DNA from: Candidatus Bathyarchaeia archaeon
GTDB taxonomy: Archaea; Thermoproteota; Bathyarchaeia; Bathyarchaeales; Bathycorpusculaceae
Length of the DNA stretch: 64,000 nt
Reading direction: 5' to 3'
NCBI GenBank assembly: GCA_049521795.1
Contig: JBEKOM010000002.1
Coordinates: 64,001 to 128,000, forward strand
Positions 30,341 through 38,854 of this stretch are shown here, piece after piece; position 1 is the first letter of the stretch, and each line of letters begins with the position of its first letter. The notes under the pieces are model-generated. The model saw nothing but the letters and a program-made list of their open reading frames with translations, was not told the origin of the DNA and ran no database searches. Made by a program: the position numbers and the translations under genes.

Positions 30341-30667
30341 GTGGCGGATATCTTCAGAAAGGAAATTGTACAACGCATCACCAGAAACCTGCTCGACATC
30401 CAGGTTCTGAGGCTAGTTCAGACCGAACCCATGTGGGGCTACAAGATCAAAAAGCAGGCAGAAGCAAGATTCGGCGTAAGACTCCGACACGGAGCACTCT
30501 ATCCCCTTCTCAACGAACTTGAACAAGAGAGCTTCATAATAGGCCAAAACCAGCGACAAGGCGGAAGAAAAAGAAAAGTGTACCAAATCACTAGGAAGGG
30601 CGAAGAGTACTTAGAAGCGTACAAAAGCGTTCTAAAACAACAGTTAAAAGGAAACGACATGAGATAG
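30341..30667 (+). CDS. PadR-family transcriptional regulator
   Basis: PMWGYKI..HGALYPLLNELE..RKRKVYQITRKG. Confidence 0.92.
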   Translation: MADIFRKEIVQRITRNLLDIQVLRLVQTEPMWGYKIKKQAEARFGVRLRHGALYPLLNELEQESFIIGQNQRQGGRKRKVYQITRKGEEYLEAYKSVLKQQLKGNDMR

Positions 30668-30730
30668 GTTCTGCCTAGATGAGACTTATACTCTCCAGTT
30701 TCAAATATAACAAACAATAAGCATGAGACC

Positions 30731-31729
30731 ATGGGAACGAAGAAAAGTCAGGAAAAATCTGTAATGCTCATTGAGGAACTGAAAGGAAGAAGCAGCAAAG
30801 CACTCGAACTTGCAAAGAAAATAATTCTTGCTGAAAAAACACAGAGTGGAAAAGTGCTTGAAGCGTTAGAATATTACACTTTGCACTGGAACGACTTTAC
30901 TCATCCCGGTTTCTTTTCAATAGCATGCGAAGCCGTTGGCGCAGATCCAAATAGTGTTTTGCCAGTTCAAGTGGCCATAACGATGATGGCCGCGGCTTTT
31001 GACATTCACGACGACCTCATCGATAAATCAAGAACAAAACATGGAGTCCCAACGGTTTTCGGAAAGTTCGGAAAGGACATTGCTCTCCTTCTTGGCGACG
31101 CCTTTCTGATAGAAGGCTTTACGCTCTTGGATGAATCGATCGCCGAATTGCCTCGGGAGAAGATGAAAGAAGCTCTTGAAACGTTTAAGATGGCGCTTTT
31201 TGAGCTTGGCAACGCTCACGCCTTGGAGTTGGACATGAAGCTCAGGGGTGAGGTGCTGCCGAAGGCTTACATGCGAATCCTGGAGATGAAGGCGTCAAGT
31301 ATTGAAGCAGACATGAGGATTGGAGCCTTGGTCGGGGGAGGAACAAAAGAAGAAATTCAGACCCTAGCAGAACTCGGGAGGATTTTGGGCATGCTAGCCA
31401 CACTGAGGGAAGAGTTCGTAGATGTTTTCGAAGTCGAAGAACTGGAGAATCGCGTTCACAGTGAATGTTTACCGATACCCATCCTGTATGCAATGGAAGA
31501 CAAAGAGTCAGCGAGGACGATCGAAAAGTTGCTTGCAAAAAAAGGAATGGCTGGTAAGGACATTGATACACTCGTTGACATTATTTTCAACTCAGAGAGC
31601 GTCATGCGACTCAAGAAAAAGATGCGGGATCTTGTAGCCCGAGGCTTTCATTTGGCGTCGGAAATACGTAATAAGAACTCAGCCATACTACTGCGAAATC
31701 TTGCAGAATGCGCGCTTGAAGATCTTTAG
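30731..31729 (+). CDS. Polyprenyl-synthase-fold protein with degenerate IPP site and pseudo-SARM (ComQ-like candidate)
   Basis: FARM HDDLID intact; GGKRxR replaced by WNDFTHP, RRG by KHG, GQxxD by AHALE, SARM by REEFVD. Confidence 0.85.
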   Translation: MGTKKSQEKSVMLIEELKGRSSKALELAKKIILAEKTQSGKVLEALEYYTLHWNDFTHPGFFSIACEAVGADPNSVLPVQVAITMMAAAFDIHDDLIDKSRTKHGVPTVFGKFGKDIALLLGDAFLIEGFTLLDESIAELPREKMKEALETFKMALFELGNAHALELDMKLRGEVLPKAYMRILEMKASSIEADMRIGALVGGGTKEEIQTLAELGRILGMLATLREEFVDVFEVEELENRVHSECLPIPILYAMEDKESARTIEKLLAKKGMAGKDIDTLVDIIFNSESVMRLKKKMRDLVARGFHLASEIRNKNSAILLRNLAECALEDL

Positions 31730-31732
31730 AGT

Positions 31733-31783
31733 CTAAATCGGGTAAACTCTAACTGGAACGTTCCGTTTCTTTGCCTTCTTCAT
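31733..31783 (-). CDS. Putative 16-aa precursor or pheromone peptide MKKAKKRNVPVRVYPI
   Basis: ATG at 31783, TAG at 31733; GTGAGGGA SD-like site 5 nt upstream; TATA-like CTTAAGTA ~40 nt upstream; convergent with the prenyltransferase gene (3-nt gap). Confidence 0.6.
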   Translation of the reverse strand: MKKAKKRNVPVRVYPI

Positions 31784-31808
31784 CTCAATCCCTCACAAGT
31801 ATATGTGT

Positions 31809-31838
31809 ACGACAAGTGTACTACTTAAGGCTTGTCGT
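31809..31838. promoter_or_regulatory. 8-bp inverted repeat bracketing a TATA-like box between the peptide and MFS genes
   Basis: ACGACAAG-N14-CTTGTCGT; spacer contains TACTTAAG. Confidence 0.55.
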
Positions 31839-31907
31839 TGAACATTAATACAGAATGCTAATGAAGAAATGTTTTATCTCTAGACATCATCATTGCCTAA
31901 CGGGAGC

Positions 31908-33134
31908 ATGAAGATGCACCTTTCCGCACTCTTTGAGAGGAGGATAGCTTGGAGAGACTTTGCTCCATCGTTTGTTGTGGTGTTCAACAGTCTAGTTTGG
32001 TACATATTAGTCTCTGTCATGTTTAACAACGTCGTAAACAGCCTATCCCTTCCTGGTTATGAAACGCTGGGGATATTCTCTCTGCACTACGCAGGCGTTG
32101 CTTGCTCGGCTGTGGTAGGTGCGGCATTCTTCTCGCGGGCACGGAAGACTTACCTTGTGACATGGATCGCTGCCGGAGCACTTACGACAGCATTGTCGGC
32201 AACTATCGCGCACAATAGCACGCCAGTCAACATGGGACTCTCGCTTCTCCTAGGGATCTCGATCGGAGCTGGTCTTCCCTCGTCATTAGCCTATTTTGCT
32301 GATTCGACGTTCGTTGAAAACCGTGGCACCTACGGAGGAATAACTTACGCTGCTGTCGGCTTCACGGTCCTCGCTGTTGGGTTTCCGATAAACATGATCA
32401 ATAATGCTGTTCTAGCGTTTGCCATCCTTGCAATCTGGAGAGCGTCTGGTCTCGGCGCTTTCTTTCTTTCGCATGGTGGAATAGAAGACTCGTCAGAACG
32501 GAAGAATGTCGCGTACGGTTCTATTCTGCGCAGAAGAGATATCGTTTTGTACTTGATTCCGTGGATCATGTTCTCGCTTGTAAACTTTGCAGAGACTCCA
32601 ATATTGAAAGGGGTTCTTGGAGACTTCTACGATTTTGCATCGCTCGTTGAGGTTGCACTGTCCGGGATTTTTGTGCTGTTGGGCGGTTTCGTTGCGGACC
32701 TCACGGGCAGAAAGCGAGTCGTAATTACAGGCTTTATAGTATTGGGCATAGAGTATGCTATGCTTAGTCTCCTTTCTGGAATACCCATTTCTTGGTATGC
32801 GTACATAGTGCTTGACAGCTTTGCGTGGGGCATGTTTGCTTCAGTCTTCTTTATGACGTTATGGGGAGACCTTGCAGAAAACAATCAGAAAGACAAGTAC
32901 TACGCGTTGGGAGGACTTCCTTATCTCTTTGCCGGCCTTCTTCCCATTGTAGTCAAACCCTTCGTTGGCGCAAATCAAGCGGGAACGGCATTCTCTTTGG
33001 CCAGCTTCTTCCTGTTCTTGGCTGTCTTGCCACTGATGTACGCCCCCGAGACATTGCCTGAAAAAAAGATCAGAGAAAGGGAGCTGAAAGAATACCTTGA
33101 GAGAGCGAAGAAGACCAAGGAGAAATACGCTTAA
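31908..33134 (+). CDS. MFS-type 12-TM membrane protein
   Basis: About 12 hydrophobic helices, GFVADLTGRKR motif A, C-terminal APETLPEK and charged helix. Confidence 0.88.
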   Translation: MKMHLSALFERRIAWRDFAPSFVVVFNSLVWYILVSVMFNNVVNSLSLPGYETLGIFSLHYAGVACSAVVGAAFFSRARKTYLVTWIAAGALTTALSATIAHNSTPVNMGLSLLLGISIGAGLPSSLAYFADSTFVENRGTYGGITYAAVGFTVLAVGFPINMINNAVLAFAILAIWRASGLGAFFLSHGGIEDSSERKNVAYGSILRRRDIVLYLIPWIMFSLVNFAETPILKGVLGDFYDFASLVEVALSGIFVLLGGFVADLTGRKRVVITGFIVLGIEYAMLSLLSGIPISWYAYIVLDSFAWGMFASVFFMTLWGDLAENNQKDKYYALGGLPYLFAGLLPIVVKPFVGANQAGTAFSLASFFLFLAVLPLMYAPETLPEKKIRERELKEYLERAKKTKEKYA

Positions 33135-33166
33135 GGGCACGTCTGCTTCTTTTTGATGTGAAATCC

Positions 33167-34291
33167 ATGTTTTTCCATGTAATACTGACGACTGAATGCA
33201 ATTCGAAGTGTAGGTACTGTTACGGTGAGGCGTTGGAGGACATGGATGATGATTCATGGGAGGCTGAAGTTGATTATTCGTTACCACGAGAAATGAGCTA
33301 CGATGTCAGTGTGCTGGATAGGTTTTGCAGGCAAGATGCTGATTGTGTGGTGACGTTCTACGGCGGAGAACCGTTGCTTTGCACCGATCTGATCGGACGA
33401 GTCATGGACAATGTGACGGCCAAGCTTTTCATGATCCAAACGAACGGCTTGCTCCTAGACCGTCTTGAACCAAGTTATGTTAACCGTTTCCACACGATCC
33501 TCGTTTCGATTGACGGTGATGAAAGCCTAACTGATTTCTATAGGGGAGAGGGCACATTCAGGAAAGTTGTTGACAACCTGAAACTGATAAAGCACAATGG
33601 TTTCGAAGGGGAACTCATCGCTAGAATGACGGTTATGGAGAACACTGATATTTACAAACAGGTCAGATGGCTTCTAGAGAACGATGTGTTTCCTTTTTCT
33701 TCAATTCACTGGCAGCTGAACGCTGGATTCTGGAAGAACGATTATGCACGGAGGCATTTTAAGAAGTGGAGCGAAGAAAGCTACAACCCGGGCATACGAA
33801 AACTCGCCGAGTTCTGGGTTAATCATATGGAAGAGAAAGGTGCTGTCCTGCGGCTCTCTCCGTTGCTTGGCATTGCTCATTCCATTCTTTCAGGAGAAGA
33901 AGAAAGCCTCCTGCGCTGTGGAGGAGGATGGATAAACTATGCGATTCAGACTGATGGACACATCGTTCCATGTCCAACGATGTGGGGAATGAAGGATTAT
34001 TACCTGGGGCACATCAGCACTGCTGATCCTTTGAGACTAAAGAAAGTGTTTGTGGGCGAGCCGTGCACGAGGTGCAGTATTTTCAGGTCGTGTGGCGGCC
34101 GATGTTTGTATGCAAATGTAATGAAACGTTGGGGTTCTGAAGAGTACAGTCAGGTGTGCAAGACTGTGAAGAACTTGATCGGGGCCGTTTCGGACCAGTT
34201 GCCGAGGATACAGGAGCTTATTCATCATGGAAAAGTCAACTTGACAGATTTTGAATATACGAGGTACAATGGGTGCGAAATCATACCGTAG
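33167..34291 (+). CDS. Radical SAM/SPASM enzyme resembling the AF0577 (TIGR04084) putative peptide-modifying family
   Basis: CNSKCRYC, FYGGEPLL, QTNG, SIDG, SPASM Cys pattern CGGG..PCP..CTRC..CGGRC..C, terminal NGCEIIP. Confidence 0.85.
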   Translation: MFFHVILTTECNSKCRYCYGEALEDMDDDSWEAEVDYSLPREMSYDVSVLDRFCRQDADCVVTFYGGEPLLCTDLIGRVMDNVTAKLFMIQTNGLLLDRLEPSYVNRFHTILVSIDGDESLTDFYRGEGTFRKVVDNLKLIKHNGFEGELIARMTVMENTDIYKQVRWLLENDVFPFSSIHWQLNAGFWKNDYARRHFKKWSEESYNPGIRKLAEFWVNHMEEKGAVLRLSPLLGIAHSILSGEEESLLRCGGGWINYAIQTDGHIVPCPTMWGMKDYYLGHISTADPLRLKKVFVGEPCTRCSIFRSCGGRCLYANVMKRWGSEEYSQVCKTVKNLIGAVSDQLPRIQELIHHGKVNLTDFEYTRYNGCEIIP

Positions 34292-34465
34292 TTTCGTAAT
34301 AGTCAATCACGTCAGTTCCGCTTTTTCAGGTAGTCAAATCATCTTTGGCTCTACCGGAGCGCATAATACTCTCGGTACCGGAAAACCTAGTTGAGACCGT
34401 AGCAAGGATTTATCCGCAAATAATATTATAGATCGTACTACAAGAGCTTCTTCAAGGAAAGAGAA

Positions 34466-37400
34466 ATGGGAAAAACATTAACTGCTGAATTCGCTCTGAC
34501 GCTGTTGTTCGCAAGCATGCTGCCCTACGCTGTTTCCCTTCAGTCAGTCCGCTACGGCTTGGTGCAGAACCAGAACCCCCCACCTACGGTATGCTTGCAA
34601 CCGGATAATGTAACTGTCAAGAATGGCACAGTCTTTTCATTCAACGTCGTTATTGAAGATGTGCCGGCAGACCCTGGGATGGCGGGCGTTCAATTCACCC
34701 TCAGTTGGGACCCAACAATACTCAATGCCATCAACGTGACCGAGGTGATGTTCCACAACGTGACACCTCCATCTGAATGGAACAACATCTGGGCATTGAA
34801 AAACGAGGTCAACTACACGGCAGTATCCTACGCCTTCACATGGAGCGATATAAACCAAGCCCAGAGCGGGGGCTATTGTCCAATCTCTGGCAACTACACT
34901 TTGGCAACTGTCACAGTTGAGGCGATGGGAGTAGGCTCGACAACTTTACATTTTTCAAACCTGGTCGTGAGCGACCCAAACGCTCAAGTCTTAATATGCT
35001 CGCAAGATGTCCATCCTTGGCCGAACCCCCCCTTGCTGTCTAGCATCATAGTTGATGGCAACTTCAGTGTCTCAACAAGCTTTGGAACCATTCACATAAA
35101 GGCGGACGGAACCATTGCGCCGTCAACAGCGCCTATTCAGCGGATAGGAAACTATTACAAATTGACCGGAAGCATTTCGACAACGGCAGACGGAATCATA
35201 ATTCAAGAGAGCAACATTACACTCGATGGAAACGGTTATGCGATTCAAGGTGCGCAAGCCCAGAACTCTAGGGGATTGGACCTGTCGGGAATAACATCGG
35301 TGAAAATTCAAAACATGCAGATTGACGATTTCCCGTTTGGTGTGCGGCTTAGTTATTCTTCAGACAACAGTTTTTCAGGAAACGACTTGCAGAACAATGA
35401 TTACGGCATCTGGCTGGAATATTCCTCAGGTAACAGCGTTTCAGGAAATAACCTCACAGCAAACGGCGCCTCCGGCATCCGTCTCGATGTCTCTTCGGAC
35501 AACACAATTTGCGGAAACAGCTTGACGAACAGCGGAATTGCCATTTGGCTCGATCATTCTTCAAACAACAGTGTCTCCGAAAACAACGTCGCAGACAATT
35601 TTGGCGGCATCCTTCTCGCTGATTGCTCAAACAACAGCATTTCCAGGAACACCATGACAGCAAACAACGGATGGGGCGTTTCGCTCGAGTATTCCTCAAA
35701 TAACAGCGTTTCGGAAAACAACGTAGCAAACAACAGTGATGGCGTCGGGCTTACGCTTTCATCCAACAACACTATCTACCACAACAACTTCGTAAACAAC
35801 AGTCGCCAAGTTGTCATTGACTATGAATCAATGAATGTTTGGGATGACGGCTATCCTTCTGGCGGTAACTATTGGAGCAACTACGCGGGCATGGACCTGA
35901 ACAGTGGCCCAAACCAAGATCAACCTGGAAAAGATGGCTTAGGCGACACACCATACAGTACAGATTCAAGCAATAAGGACAGGTATCCGCTCATGACATC
36001 ATGGACAACGGGCGATTTCTCCATTTCGGTGTCCCCTTCTTCGCTTTCCATGAATCCAGGTGAATCCGCAAATTGCACTGTCACTCTAGCATCAATTGAA
36101 AATTTCTCCTCAGAAATATCTCTAAGTGCCTCTTCAGATCCAAGCATTGCCAGCGTAACGCTGACATTTGATTCAACTTCGATTAGTCTGGCGGCTGGAG
36201 TCTCAGCAAAATCGACGTTAATGATCAGCACCACATCGACAACACCATTGAACACATTCTCCGTAATCATCGCCGCAATAGGAGGAGGAAAAACAAGGAC
36301 AACCAATTTCACAGTCTCTTCAGAAGTGTCACTTGATGTGCCGTACCAAATCCAAGGGCAGACTAATTGGTCTGGCCCAGCTTCTCTTTCGATGGTTCTC
36401 AACTATTATAACGTTACATTCCATTCATGGGACTACGCGAACAGCACAGGCTTGCTCGCTTTCCGAGCAGATGAAGAAGCATCCGTCGCAGACCTTGTGT
36501 CTTTCATTAGAAAATACTACCCTGCTTTCAACGTAAAGATCGGAAATTACACTCTGAACGAGATACTATCAGCCCAAAACAACGTTGTCCTCGCAGACAT
36601 AGAGTCAAACTTGACAGCAGGGTACCCAGTAATATTGGAACTCGCAGGAATTCCAGGACATTTTGTTGTAGTCATAGGATTCAACAACACCGGGCTTTTA
36701 ATAAATGACCCAAGCGGGGCCTTCTTCACTGATCTACAGTATGGTAAGCCGGGTCGCCCAGTGACTCAAGGGCCATATTACCTTCACGACTTCGTCGAGT
36801 GGACCGACATTCAGATGTTCATCCAACAATACGAACACGATTTGATCCTTGGTGACCATAACACGATGCTGACCATTCAGAGTCCCAACGCAAACCCGTT
36901 GTCAGGAACTCTCGGCTTCAACGAAATACACTGGGGATCTACCAATATAGTGCTGGACAGAGGTATGCAATGGGTGCTTGACGAGCCTGTAGGACCACAA
37001 GACAAGTTTGGATTTTACATGTACGCATACAATTCACATAGCACGGAACAAGACTTCACCGTTTCAGTCAGCATCGTTGGAGACGACAACAAGACATACT
37101 CGACATTTGAGCAGAAACTCAACATCGAGGGTTACAACGGAGACTATTTCTGGAAACCTGAAAATGCTGTGGATCTATCCAGAAGTGAATACTACCGTCT
37201 CTACGTTGAGTTGAAAGACACACAAAACAAAGTGCTAGACTATTTCACGACGCCGAAGATTTACTACTTCAACAACGGTGTTTCCATAATTCTAAAAGAA
37301 AGCGAACATCATCTCTATTTGCACGCGTACGATTCTCAGGATCGCCACGTCGGACTCAGCTATTCAAACAACGAGACCGAGATCGACGTGCCCGACGCTT

Positions 37401-37735
37401 ACTATTTTGACGACTTAAACGGCACGATAACTGTGATTCTGCCCTCGTGGAATTCAAGCTGCCGAGCCGTGGTCGACGCCACTTTCGCTCAAGATGTAAT
37501 GGAAAGCTACAATCTCACAATTACAACTGTAAGCAATGGACAGACCGTAGACCAGAAACTCATTCAAGCAATCATCGAAAATGGAACCCGAAACGAGTAC
37601 AACATCACAATCTCCCAGAGCGGAACACTGATATCAGTGCCCGAGTTCCATTCACTCCTTGTTCTCTCAGTCTTCATGACAGCAACACTTTCAGCAGCGT
37701 TCGTCTTCAAAAAAAAGCGAACCATGAAGACATGA
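34466..37735 (+). CDS. Secreted multidomain surface protein: cohesin, NosD/PbH1 beta-helix, Ig-like, C39-like and PEF-CTERM
   Basis: Signal peptide; GVQFTLSWDP cohesin; GIxLxxSSNN repeats with WDDGYPSGGNYWS; VPYQIQ..SGPAS..GHFVVVIG..NDP; VPEF plus TM plus KKKR. Confidence 0.9.
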   Translation: MGKTLTAEFALTLLFASMLPYAVSLQSVRYGLVQNQNPPPTVCLQPDNVTVKNGTVFSFNVVIEDVPADPGMAGVQFTLSWDPTILNAINVTEVMFHNVTPPSEWNNIWALKNEVNYTAVSYAFTWSDINQAQSGGYCPISGNYTLATVTVEAMGVGSTTLHFSNLVVSDPNAQVLICSQDVHPWPNPPLLSSIIVDGNFSVSTSFGTIHIKADGTIAPSTAPIQRIGNYYKLTGSISTTADGIIIQESNITLDGNGYAIQGAQAQNSRGLDLSGITSVKIQNMQIDDFPFGVRLSYSSDNSFSGNDLQNNDYGIWLEYSSGNSVSGNNLTANGASGIRLDVSSDNTICGNSLTNSGIAIWLDHSSNNSVSENNVADNFGGILLADCSNNSISRNTMTANNGWGVSLEYSSNNSVSENNVANNSDGVGLTLSSNNTIYHNNFVNNSRQVVIDYESMNVWDDGYPSGGNYWSNYAGMDLNSGPNQDQPGKDGLGDTPYSTDSSNKDRYPLMTSWTTGDFSISVSPSSLSMNPGESANCTVTLASIENFSSEISLSASSDPSIASVTLTFDSTSISLAAGVSAKSTLMISTTSTTPLNTFSVIIAAIGGGKTRTTNFTVSSEVSLDVPYQIQGQTNWSGPASLSMVLNYYNVTFHSWDYANSTGLLAFRADEEASVADLVSFIRKYYPAFNVKIGNYTLNEILSAQNNVVLADIESNLTAGYPVILELAGIPGHFVVVIGFNNTGLLINDPSGAFFTDLQYGKPGRPVTQGPYYLHDFVEWTDIQMFIQQYEHDLILGDHNTMLTIQSPNANPLSGTLGFNEIHWGSTNIVLDRGMQWVLDEPVGPQDKFGFYMYAYNSHSTEQDFTVSVSIVGDDNKTYSTFEQKLNIEGYNGDYFWKPENAVDLSRSEYYRLYVELKDTQNKVLDYFTTPKIYYFNNGVSIILKESEHHLYLHAYDSQDRHVGLSYSNNETEIDVPDAYYFDDLNGTITVILPSWNSSCRAVVDATFAQDVMESYNLTITTVSNGQTVDQKLIQAIIENGTRNEYNITISQSGTLISVPEFHSLLVLSVFMTATLSAAFVFKKKRTMKT

Positions 37736-37835
37736 CATGAAAAAAGATTTCACTCGTCAGATTCGAAACTGTTCCGCTCCCCGTCTTGAAGCGTCAGAAT
37801 TGTTATTAGGCTAGCTTCAGTAAATCGATACGAGG

Positions 37836-38171
37836 GTGAACTGTTTGTCCGTGACTATTCGTGATGCTCAGCACCTCTGCTGGAAAAACTTCAGGAAAAT
37901 CAACGAGAAACTTGACCCAGAAAGGGGCAGAGGTTGGACCCCGTTTGTGATGACGACCGACCTCCTTGAGGAAGCAGGCGAAGTCGCAGCAGTTGTCAAG
38001 GGTTTGGAAGGGTTCAAACCGCCAGAAAAACCCAAGACGAAGGACATGCTAGCCACTGAGCTTTCGGACCTACTCTACATAATATTCGTGTTGGCAGAGC
38101 ACTATGGAATAGAGCTGGAAGAATCTTTTCTGCAGACTGTGAACGACTACATGCTCAGATTCATCAAGTAG
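37836..38171 (+). CDS. MazG-like nucleotide pyrophosphohydrolase
   Basis: LLEEAGEVA..ELSDLL (EExGE/ExxD). Confidence 0.88.
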   Translation: MNCLSVTIRDAQHLCWKNFRKINEKLDPERGRGWTPFVMTTDLLEEAGEVAAVVKGLEGFKPPEKPKTKDMLATELSDLLYIIFVLAEHYGIELEESFLQTVNDYMLRFIK

Positions 38172-38328
38172 CCACGTTCAAGGTTTTCTAGCGCGCGCAA
38201 ATTCCTTGCCTTGCTTCAACCCTTGAATGAGACCTGAATCCGGCTCCTTTTCCGAATCAGGAGTTAGAATCTCGGAGGGATAAGTTATTTATGTCTATCA
38301 TCGCTATTTTGTTTCTGGGGATGAGCAG

Positions 38329-38589
38329 TTGACTGAAGAAAACGTCGTCGAAGTGGGACGGATAACGCATTTCTTCCCAAAGATAAGCGTCGCTGTCATC
38401 GAACTCAGCAAGCCCTTGAAGGTTGGCGACACAATAGCTGTAAAGGGCCCGACCACGGATTTTGAACAACCTGTCGAATCGATGCAGATCGAGCACAAAG
38501 AGGTTCAGAAGGCCGAGACAGGGCAAAGCATCGGCTTAAAAGTTGCCCAACGCGTAAGAGAAACAGACCTGGTGTACAAGAAACTGTAG
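38329..38589 (+). CDS. Small translation-factor-like beta-barrel protein (EF-Tu domain II / U32 C-terminal-like)
   Basis: VGRITHFFPKISVAVI..LKVGD..FEQPVESMQIEH..GQSIGLK. Confidence 0.8.
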   Translation: MTEENVVEVGRITHFFPKISVAVIELSKPLKVGDTIAVKGPTTDFEQPVESMQIEHKEVQKAETGQSIGLKVAQRVRETDLVYKKL

Positions 38590-38854
38590 GCAGCTTCCCT
38601 TTTTTCCACTCTCTATCTGACCGGTTTCTCCCAGTCAGTTGCGCATCCGCCTTCTGGAACAAGAATCATCGCCGTTTCAAATGGAATAGGCATCTGCGGG
38701 TTTTTCTCTCACACATAGAAACATGCCTGACTTCGCATATGCTTGAACTACAACCTCGTTGAAGAATCTGCCCTCGACGGGATGATAGATCATTTCGCGC
38801 CCGCGACAACCTCGTGGCCCAGATCTAGCGCGCGAGGGTGAAGAAGAAAGCAGT

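Noticed and set aside
35330-35800. Repetitive AACAAC/TCAAAC-rich DNA
   Set aside because: Explained by PbH1 beta-helix protein repeats.
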